A stretch of 63,216 bases of DNA from an uncultured Methanobrevibacter sp. (GTDB lineage Archaea > Methanobacteriota > Methanobacteria > Methanobacteriales > Methanobacteriaceae). The stretch lies in the NCBI RefSeq assembly GCF_902771225.1, contig NZ_CACXWH010000001.1. One strand, given 5' to 3'. Positions 1 to 7,950 of this stretch are shown one piece after another. How positions within the stretch are numbered: position 1 is the first letter of the stretch; the number at the start of each line of letters is the position of its first letter. The notes beneath the pieces are model-generated. The model was given only the letters and a program-made list of their open reading frames with translations. It had not been told where the DNA came from and ran no database searches. Both the position numbers and the translations under genes were made by a program.

Positions 1-249
1 ATTCGTAAAACCACACAACACAAGCAGAACATGCCACCACTGCGGACACATAAACAAAGAGTTAAAAGTCAAAAAACGCAACTGGAAATGTCCAAAATGC
101 GGAAAAATACTTGATAGGGACACAAACGCAGCAATTAATATTCTAAACCGCTGGTTCAACGGGGATAGCCTGATAAAATACTTAAATTAACCATTATTAA
201 GTGAAAAAAATTCAGGAATCCCCATCCTCTATAGGATGGGGTGGTTCAA
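1..249 (+). mobile_element. IS200/IS605-family element, right end
   Basis: GAAT (216-219) at the foot of hairpin CCCCATCCT-CTAT-AGGATGGGG (220-241), followed by terminal TCAA (246-249). This is the IS608/ISDra2-type right-end architecture, directly downstream of tnpB. Confidence 0.9.
2..190 (+). CDS. tnpB: TnpB (IS200/IS605 RNA-guided nuclease), C-terminal fragment cut by window edge
   Basis: Manual translation FVKPHNTSRTCHHCGHINKELKVKKRNWKCPKCGKILDRDTNAAINILNRWFNGDSLIKYLN*: TS..CxxC...WxCxxCG zinc ribbon plus RuvC-III DRDxNAAINI motif. Not in the ORF track. Confidence 0.93.
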   Translation, partial: FVKPHNTSRTCHHCGHINKELKVKKRNWKCPKCGKILDRDTNAAINILNRWFNGDSLIKYLN

Positions 250-269
250 TTAATAAAAAGAATAAATAT
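146..269 (+). ncRNA. Putative TnpB omega-RNA (reRNA) scaffold plus flank-derived guide
   Basis: GGGGAT-AG-CCTGA (161-173) can pair with TCAGG-A-ATCCCC (212-223); inner ACTTAA/TTAAGT stem; right-end hairpin; guide would start at 250 (TTAATAAAAAGAATAAATAT). Boundaries approximate. Confidence 0.65.
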
Positions 270-1470
270 ATATGAAATGCATAAAAGATTGGCTGAAAAT
301 GGTCTTCGTTACATCAGGGGAAAAGTTATTGGATCTGTTGAAGAAGCTATTGAATTTTATGATGCTGAATCTTTGGGCGAGGTTGTTATTAAGCCAATAC
401 GAAGTGCAGGTTCTTGTAATGTCCGTATATGTTTAAATAAGCAAGAAATGATTGATGCTATTGAAGATATAATGTGTATGGAAGGTTATTTTGGTGGAAA
501 TGTCAAAGAACTTTTAGTTCAAGAATGTATTGATGGTGATGAATATATTGTCAATACTGTTTCTCATAATGGATGGCATCGTGTGACTTTAATATGGAAA
601 TACAGTAAAGTAAAAACCTCTGGGGGAGCTATGATTTATGATACTGTGGAAACTGTAAATAGTTTGGGCATTTCTGAAGCTGAAATGGTTGAATATGCTT
701 ATAAAGTGGCTGATGCAATTGGTATTGAATATGGTCCTGTTCATGGTGAATATATGATTGATAAGGATGGGTCTGTTCTTATTGAGGTTAATTGTCGTCC
801 ATGTGGTGGTAATATGTCTGCAAGATTCTTGGATGAAATTTCCGGCCAACATGAGACAGACAGTATTCTTGATGCATATCTTAAACCTGCTCGTTTTAAA
901 CAAAAAGCTTTACAAAGATATAAATTGCAGGCACATGGGGCTTTGAAGATGTTTATTGTTCCTGAAAATATTGTTGCTAAATCCGCACCAATGGTTGATA
1001 TTAGTCCTAATTTAAAAAGTTATTTTGAGGCAGATTTTGCTGAAATGGCTGAAGAAGGAATATTTTATATTAAAACTGAGGATTTACATTCAACTTGTGG
1101 TGTTATCTATTTGGTTCATGAAGATAATAATGTATTGCAAAATGACCTTAATTTTTTAAGAAGTCTTGAGAAATATGCATTTTCATTGGTTTTAAGTCCA
1201 GAATTAGATAAAATTAAGGAGTTGGACGAGGATAAATTGGCTAGTGACCTTACAAAAGTGGTCGATACTGTTTCAGAATATGGGACTGGGCTTTTATTGA
1301 AACGTATTAAAGTTGGGGGAATTGTTTTCATCCCCGAAACAACTTATAAATATGTTCCAGGTCAAAGAAAGAGTATTGAAGCATTAATGATTGATTTGGA
1401 CTTAAGAATTGAAGTTCCGCCATATGGTGTGGATGCGGGCGTTATTGCTTCAAAAAATTTAATTAGTTGA
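241..1470 (+). pseudogene. ATP-grasp domain protein (amino-acid ligase-like), probably 5'-truncated
   Basis: VVIKP..SAGS, VQECIDGDEY, HGEY, IEVNCRPCGG motifs. Homology-like sequence begins at EMHKRL, so the N-terminal domain appears absent; the GTG start lies inside the IS right end. Confidence 0.6.
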
Positions 1471-1521
1471 TTTAAAACTAATTATTATTTCTTTTTTTAT
1501 TTTCCCATCAAAAAATTCATT

Positions 1522-1537
1522 TTTAGGCATACCTAAA
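1522..1537. promoter_or_regulatory. Palindrome TTTAGG-CATA-CCTAAA, DtxR/MntR-like operator candidate
   Basis: Perfect 6-4-6 inverted repeat immediately upstream of TATA-like TTTTATATA and the ABC operon. Confidence 0.55.
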
Positions 1538-1599
1538 TTTTATATACCACTTTTTATAAATATATTAAATGTTAAATAGTAATATGGGAGAAAATTTTA

Positions 1600-2304
1600 A
1601 TGAGCACATTAATTGAATTTAAGGATGTAGTGAAAGAATATCGGGCAGGTGACCATGTTCTTAGAGCTATGGATAATGTAAATTTCACAATTGATGAAGG
1701 TGAATTTGTTGTTATTCTTGGTCCTTCTGGTGCAGGAAAATCGACTCTTTTAAACCTTTTAGGGGGGCTTGATTCAACAACAAGTGGCCAAATTATTGTG
1801 AATGGCGAGCATGTAGAAAATTTTAATGATAATGAATTAACTAAATATCGTGCTAAAAATGTTGGTTTCATTTTCCAATTTTATAATTTAATTCCGAATT
1901 TAACTGCAATTGAAAATGTGGAATTAATGAAAGATATTGTTGATGTAAATATCGATGGAAATGCTGTTCTCAACTCTGTTGGTTTGGGAAGCCATGCCAA
2001 TCAGTTCCCTGCACAGTTGTCTGGTGGAGAACAACAAAGAGTATCGATTGCAAGAGCGGTTGCTAAACAACCTACCATGCTTTTATGTGATGAGCCAACC
2101 GGAGCTTTAGATTCAAAAACTGGTGTTTTAATTTTAAATTTACTTCAGGAAATGAGTAATAATAAAAATACTACTGTTATCATAGTTACTCACAATGCAA
2201 TTCTAGCAGAGGCTGCTGATAAGGTTATTCGCATTAAAAATGGACAAATAGAAAATATTACAATTAATGAGAATCCTAAAAAAGTAGAAGATCTAGAATG
2301 GTGA
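1600..2304 (+). CDS. ABC transporter ATP-binding protein (LolD/MacB-like)
   Basis: Walker [39 protein letters not shown]. Confidence 0.95.
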   Translation: MSTLIEFKDVVKEYRAGDHVLRAMDNVNFTIDEGEFVVILGPSGAGKSTLLNLLGGLDSTTSGQIIVNGEHVENFNDNELTKYRAKNVGFIFQFYNLIPNLTAIENVELMKDIVDVNIDGNAVLNSVGLGSHANQFPAQLSGGEQQRVSIARAVAKQPTMLLCDEPTGALDSKTGVLILNLLQEMSNNKNTTVIIVTHNAILAEAADKVIRIKNGQIENITINENPKKVEDLEW

Positions 2305-2308
2305 GTGT

Positions 2309-4579
2309 ATGCTTTTTAAAAAGATGTTGAGAGACATCGCGAAGCATAAAACACAATTTTTATCTATTTTTTTAATGGCTTTTCTAGGTGTTTTTGTCTT
2401 TGCTGGTGTTGGAGGAGAATCAGTAGGTCTTGAAGTTAATAGCAATAACTATTATAAGGATACTAACCTTGCAGATGGTTGGATTTACTCTGCAAACTTG
2501 AATGATGATTTTGTTGATAAAGTAAACAATTTAAGTTCCACTACTCAATCTGAAAGACAACTGGTAATGGATTCGATTGGAAACTTCAGTAATGACCCGG
2601 ATATCACACTGCATTTTGTAGAAAACAATACAATATCAAAATTCTATTTAATGGAAGGTGAAGAATTAAATGTTAGTGACGGGGATGGAGTATGGATTGA
2701 TAAAAGCTTTGCTGATGCTAAGAATTTAAAAGTGGGAGATAATATAACCTTTGAATTTAATGGTGTTGAAATAGAAAAAGAAATCAAAGGTATTGGTTAT
2801 TCTCCGGAATATGTTTATCATGCATCAACATCATCTGTAATTCCTGATTTTAATAAAATAGGTTTTGCTTATTTATCTTATAAGGCATTTCCAATGGATG
2901 ATGTTCCATATAATGTTTTAAATGTAAAATTTGATGGAAGTGCTCAGGATTATAATAATTTGTTATCTGATAAGTTGGATGGCGAGTATAATTCATTTGT
3001 TGAGCAGTCTGAACATTCCAGTGTAAGTCAATTTTCTGAAGAAATCAATCAGCACAAAATGATGGCTGATATCTTTCCTGTTGTGTTTATTTTAATTGCA
3101 ATGTTAATTCTTTTAACGACAATGACTCGTATTATTGCCCATCAAAGAACTCAAATTGGTATTTTAAAAGCTAATGGTTTTACAAATAAATCTATAATAT
3201 TCCATTATATGTCTTATGGCTTTTGGTTAGTTTTGGTCGGTTCTATCTTGGGATTAGTTGTTGGGCCAATGACATTGCCTCAGCTATTTTATCCATCAAT
3301 GAGTGCCACATATAAATTACCTTCATGGAATCCTGTGTGGAGTATGGACTTTATCTATGTAGCTCTTTTAATGATTATAATGTCACTTTTAGTTTCATAT
3401 TTTGCAGTCAGAAGTATTTCGAATGAAAATCCTGCAGATACGATAAGACCAAAATCTCCAAAAATATCATCATCAGGTTTTGTTGAGAAATTTGGGTTTT
3501 GGCAAAAACTTTCATTTAATATTCGTTGGAATTATCGGGATGCTAAAAGGAATAAATTCAGAGCATTAATGACGATTGTTGGTGTTATGGGTTGTTCTGC
3601 ACTATTGGTTTGTGCTTTTGGTATGTATGATGGAATGAATGATTTAAAGGAATGGGAATATTCACAAATTAATCATTATGATTCGAAATTGGTAATTGAT
3701 GAGGGAACATCTATTTCCGATATAGATAATGTTGCATCTGAGGTCAATGGTGATAAAATAATGGAATCTGCTATTGAAATAGAATCGGACAATATTAAAA
3801 AATCGGGTTCTCTATTGGTGTTAAATGATACGAAGTTAATAACGCCAACGGACTATGATTGGAATAAAATAGACATTGCTGATGATGAAGTTTCAATTTC
3901 TCAAAAAATGGCTGATTTATTGGGTGTTGGAATTGGCGATACTGTTAAATGGCATATTATGGGTTCCGATAAATGGGTAAATACAAAGATTGATAAAATC
4001 CATGCAGACCCAATATCACAGGGATTTATAATCTCAACAGAAAAATTGGATGATTTGGATTTAAATTACACTCCAACAAGCATCATAACAGAAGAACATG
4101 TTGGTGAAAATTATTCATCTATTAAATCAACAAACTCCATGAAAGACATGATTTCTAGTTGGGACGAATTGACTGAATCAATGTGGTTATTGATTTACAT
4201 TTTAATATTCTTTGCATCTCTTTTAGCAGTAATTGTACTTTATAATTTGGGATTATTGTCATTTACGGAAATTGAACGTGAAATTGCAACATTAAAAGTA
4301 TTAGGTTTTAAAACCGGTGCTTTAAGGAGATTATTGTTAACTCAAAACTTATGGTTCACATCAATTGGGTTTATATTGGGTCTTCCGGCAGGTTATTATA
4401 TATTAAGTATAATGTGGGAGTCATCTGGTGATTCATTTTATATTTTACCTTCAATATCTCTTACAAACTTCTTATTAACTGCTGTAATAACATTTGCATT
4501 ATCAATAATCGTTAATTTAATGTTTTCACGTAAAATTAAAAAATTAGATATGGTGGAATCTTTAAAAGGTGTTGAATAA
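2309..4579 (+). CDS. FtsX/MacB-like ABC permease 1
   Basis: Two FtsX-like halves (QIGILKANG; EREIATLKVLG) with large extracytoplasmic loops. Confidence 0.9.
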   Translation: MLFKKMLRDIAKHKTQFLSIFLMAFLGVFVFAGVGGESVGLEVNSNNYYKDTNLADGWIYSANLNDDFVDKVNNLSSTTQSERQLVMDSIGNFSNDPDITLHFVENNTISKFYLMEGEELNVSDGDGVWIDKSFADAKNLKVGDNITFEFNGVEIEKEIKGIGYSPEYVYHASTSSVIPDFNKIGFAYLSYKAFPMDDVPYNVLNVKFDGSAQDYNNLLSDKLDGEYNSFVEQSEHSSVSQFSEEINQHKMMADIFPVVFILIAMLILLTTMTRIIAHQRTQIGILKANGFTNKSIIFHYMSYGFWLVLVGSILGLVVGPMTLPQLFYPSMSATYKLPSWNPVWSMDFIYVALLMIIMSLLVSYFAVRSISNENPADTIRPKSPKISSSGFVEKFGFWQKLSFNIRWNYRDAKRNKFRALMTIVGVMGCSALLVCAFGMYDGMNDLKEWEYSQINHYDSKLVIDEGTSISDIDNVASEVNGDKIMESAIEIESDNIKKSGSLLVLNDTKLITPTDYDWNKIDIADDEVSISQKMADLLGVGIGDTVKWHIMGSDKWVNTKIDKIHADPISQGFIISTEKLDDLDLNYTPTSIITEEHVGENYSSIKSTNSMKDMISSWDELTESMWLLIYILIFFASLLAVIVLYNLGLLSFTEIEREIATLKVLGFKTGALRRLLLTQNLWFTSIGFILGLPAGYYILSIMWESSGDSFYILPSISLTNFLLTAVITFALSIIVNLMFSRKIKKLDMVESLKGVE

Positions 4580-4643
4580 TTTCCACCTTTTCATTTCTTT
4601 TTTTACTAAAAATTTAAATCATATTTTTTTCTTATACTATATT

Positions 4644-6902
4644 ATGTCATTATCTAAAAAGATGCTTAGAGATATTAGCATTAACAAAACTCAATTTATT
4701 TCTATCTTTTTAATGGCATTTTTAGGAATTTTTGCATTTTGTGGAGTTTGTAGTGAGTATTATGGTTTAGAACAAACCAGTCATGATTTTTATACTGATA
4801 CTAATCTTGCTGATGGATGGATTTATAATACTACGATTACTGATGAAGCATTGGATGAAATAAATAATTTTTCAACAGATAGTGAAAAACAGCTCATTGT
4901 TAAATCTGTTGGTAATTTTTCAAATGATCCGGATATTACTCTGCACTTTTTGGATACTAATGAAATATCTAAATTTTATACAACAGAAGGTGAAGATTTT
5001 AATTTGTCAGATGATTCTGGGGTTTGGCTTGATAAACGTTTTGCAGATGCTCAGAATTTAACTGTTGGAGACAATATTTCTTTTACTTTCAATGGTCTTG
5101 AAATAGAAAAGGAAATTAAGGGAATCGGTTATTCTCCTGAATATGTTTATGAAGCTTCTCCAACATCAATTATTCCTGATTTTAAGGATATGGGCTTTGC
5201 TTATCTGTCGTATAAGGCTTTTCCTTCTGATATTCAGTATAATACTTTGTTAGTTAAATTTAATCAAACACCAGATGAGTTTAGGGATTCTTTGGATGGC
5301 TCTGTTGAGTATTTATCTTTCACTGAGCAAACAGACCATGTTAGTGTAAATCAATTTGAAAATGAAATGTCTCAACATAAAATGATAGGGGATGTTTTTC
5401 CAATTGTTTTTATTTTAGTCACGTTTTTAACTCTTTTAACAACAATGACCCGTATTATTTCTCATCAAAGAACTCAAATTGGTGTTTTAAAAGCTGTGGG
5501 TTATAAAAATAGAACTATAATTTTACATTATATGTCTTATGGCTTTTGGTTGGTTTTAGCAGGTGCCATTTTAGGGCTCTTTTTAGGACCTGCTATTATT
5601 CCGAGGCTATTTTATCCATCTATGACATCAAGATATTCTCTTCCTGTATGGCATCCCGGTTTTGATATGAGTTTTGTTTATGTTGCACTTATTATGGTTT
5701 TATCATCTCTTTTAGTTTCTTATTTGGCCGCACGCAATATTTCAAAAGAAAACCCTGCAAATACTATGAGGCCTAAAGCTCCAAATATTTCCACTTCCGG
5801 ATTTTTAGAAAACTCCAGAATATGGAATAAAGCAAATTTTAATATTCGCTGGAATTATAGGGATGCTAAAAGAAATAAATTTAGGGCATTGATGGCTATT
5901 GTTGGGGTTATGGGTTGTGTTGCACTTTTAATTTCTGCTTTTGGTATGAATGATTCTATGGAAAATATAAAACATTGGGAATATGATGATATATCTCATT
6001 TTGAATCAAAATTAATCATTGAAAGCGGTGCATCATTAAGTGATATTGAAGATGTTAAAAAAGAAGTAAACGGCAGCACAATTATGGAGCAAGCTATTGA
6101 AATAAAAGGTCATGGAAATGAAAAGACAGCATCACTTCTGGTATTAAATGACACGACTCTTATATCTCAGACAGATAAGGATGGAAATTCAATAAATTTA
6201 TCTTCCACAGATATATCACTTTCAGCAAAAACAGCTGAATCTCTAAATGTTGGAGTTGGTGATACGATAGAATGGCATGTTGTTGGATCTGATGATTGGG
6301 TAAGTTGTAAAATAACCAATATTCATGGTGAACCACTATCGCAGGGAATAATATTATCAAAAGAAAAATTTGATGATTTAGATTTAAATTACACTCCAAC
6401 AAGCATAATAACCGCTGAAAATGTGGAGGGCAATCATGATTCGATTAAAAGTATTACTACATTAAACGAAATGAAGAATAATTGGGATGAAATGTCCGGC
6501 TCTGTAATGATGATGGTGTCAATTTTAATATTCTTTGCAATATTGCTGGCTATTGTCGTACTATATAACTTAGGAATATTGTCATTCACTGAAATTGAAC
6601 GTGAAATAGCAACATTAAAAGTATTGGGTTTCAAAACAGGTGATTTAAGAAAATTGCTATTAACACAAAATTTAGTATTTACATTTATAGGATTTATTCT
6701 TGGAATACCTCTTGGATTTTATTTAATGACGTTAATGATGAATGCAGCAGGTGATTCTTTATACTATATTCCTTCATTAACTTTGGGAAATATCTTATTA
6801 AGTGGGGTAATAACATTCATAGTTTCTATTGCGGTAAATTTACTATTTTCATCAAAAATTAAGAATTTAAACATGGTTGAAGCACTAAAAGATGTTGAAT
6901 AA
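4644..6902 (+). CDS. FtsX/MacB-like ABC permease 2 (paralog of permease 1)
   Basis: Collinear with the upstream permease (KKMLRDI, TNLADGWIY, NIRWNYRDAKRNKFRALM). Start moved to ATG 4644 by alignment to the paralog. Confidence 0.9.
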   Translation: MSLSKKMLRDISINKTQFISIFLMAFLGIFAFCGVCSEYYGLEQTSHDFYTDTNLADGWIYNTTITDEALDEINNFSTDSEKQLIVKSVGNFSNDPDITLHFLDTNEISKFYTTEGEDFNLSDDSGVWLDKRFADAQNLTVGDNISFTFNGLEIEKEIKGIGYSPEYVYEASPTSIIPDFKDMGFAYLSYKAFPSDIQYNTLLVKFNQTPDEFRDSLDGSVEYLSFTEQTDHVSVNQFENEMSQHKMIGDVFPIVFILVTFLTLLTTMTRIISHQRTQIGVLKAVGYKNRTIILHYMSYGFWLVLAGAILGLFLGPAIIPRLFYPSMTSRYSLPVWHPGFDMSFVYVALIMVLSSLLVSYLAARNISKENPANTMRPKAPNISTSGFLENSRIWNKANFNIRWNYRDAKRNKFRALMAIVGVMGCVALLISAFGMNDSMENIKHWEYDDISHFESKLIIESGASLSDIEDVKKEVNGSTIMEQAIEIKGHGNEKTASLLVLNDTTLISQTDKDGNSINLSSTDISLSAKTAESLNVGVGDTIEWHVVGSDDWVSCKITNIHGEPLSQGIILSKEKFDDLDLNYTPTSIITAENVEGNHDSIKSITTLNEMKNNWDEMSGSVMMMVSILIFFAILLAIVVLYNLGILSFTEIEREIATLKVLGFKTGDLRKLLLTQNLVFTFIGFILGIPLGFYLMTLMMNAAGDSLYYIPSLTLGNILLSGVITFIVSIAVNLLFSSKIKNLNMVEALKDVE

Positions 6903-6969
6903 TCATTTATTAGAAAATAATGCCTTTTTGGTATTTATGTGGATTTAATAATTTATATGTGGTGATAAT

Positions 6970-7434
6970 ATGGAAGATGTTGAAGATTGGAAAGGAATTA
7001 ATGGTCAACTTGTAACATTTAAAAATGAAGTAGAAAAAGCCCAAAAAATTACTTTTATTGGGTCTCCTGGTGTATGTACTCCATTCGCTGAATTATTGGC
7101 ATATGCTATAAGGGATAAAGAATCACATTTCATTCCGTTACTCGATATTGGGGATTGTCATGAATTCGAATCTAAATCTTATGGTATGGTCCTTAAAGAG
7201 GAAGTTTCAAATCCTAAAGACTCCGATGTTGTTGTATTGTTGGGTGGTCTTTCAATGCCGAAATATGATTTGGGCACGGATGATTTAAATGATTTGATTA
7301 ATGAGATTATTAAAAATAATGGTAAAATTATTGGTGTCTGTTTCATGGATATGTTTACAAAAGCCAATTGGCTGAATAAAGTTAATTTTGATTGTGTAAT
7401 TGATGGAACATTAATTGGTGTTGTTAAAAAATAA
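6970..7434 (+). CDS. Conserved methanogen protein (DUF2124-like)
   Basis: GSPGVCTPFAELLAYAIR, LGGLSMP and GVCFMDMF motifs. Confidence 0.75.
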   Translation: MEDVEDWKGINGQLVTFKNEVEKAQKITFIGSPGVCTPFAELLAYAIRDKESHFIPLLDIGDCHEFESKSYGMVLKEEVSNPKDSDVVVLLGGLSMPKYDLGTDDLNDLINEIIKNNGKIIGVCFMDMFTKANWLNKVNFDCVIDGTLIGVVKK

Positions 7435-7473
7435 TTCTTTTTACACACTCCATTTTTTTATTTTTTTAAATAA

Positions 7474-7495
7474 CATATCATAATATTGTGATATG
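7474..7495. promoter_or_regulatory. ArsR/SmtB-type operator candidate
   Basis: CATATCATAAT-ATTGTGATATG near-perfect 22-bp palindrome adjoining the TATA-like TTTATATA upstream of the regulator. Confidence 0.65.
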
Positions 7496-7555
7496 AAAAT
7501 ATTTATATATATTAACATTTAAATTATGAATTAGATATAATTTAATGTGATTGAA

Positions 7556-7933
7556 ATGGCAGACAATAATGATCTTGAAAATAACAATGATGATGTGTGT
7601 GAAGTATTTAACGCTCATGATGACGTCATTGAACGTGTACAAAAACGTATGATTGAAGAAGACCAATATTCTAATTTAGCAGAGTTTTTTAAAATATTTG
7701 GCAATCCTACGAGATTAAAAATACTTTCATTGCTTGCTATTGAAGATTTATGTGTTTGTGACATTTGTGAAGCATTGAATTTAAATCAAACCACTGTTTC
7801 AAATCAATTAAGAGTATTGAGAGCAAATAATATTGTAAAATATCAAAAAGAAGGTAAAATGGCAAGATATTCTCTTACAGACCTTCATATAGAAATGATT
7901 TATAAAGTTGGTTTGGAACATATTTTAGAATAA
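7556..7933 (+). CDS. ArsR/SmtB (CadC/CzrA-like) metalloregulator
   Basis: FKIFGNPTRLKIL, DLCVCDI, VSNQLRVLR, alpha5 DLHIEM...EHILE; directly upstream of the P1B ATPase. Confidence 0.9.
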   Translation: MADNNDLENNNDDVCEVFNAHDDVIERVQKRMIEEDQYSNLAEFFKIFGNPTRLKILSLLAIEDLCVCDICEALNLNQTTVSNQLRVLRANNIVKYQKEGKMARYSLTDLHIEMIYKVGLEHILE

Positions 7934-7950
7934 ATTTATTGGTGTTTAAA

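Noticed and set aside
6450-6458. Additional AGTATTACT copy
   Set aside because: Single copy inside a coding region; likely chance and not counted in the regulon.
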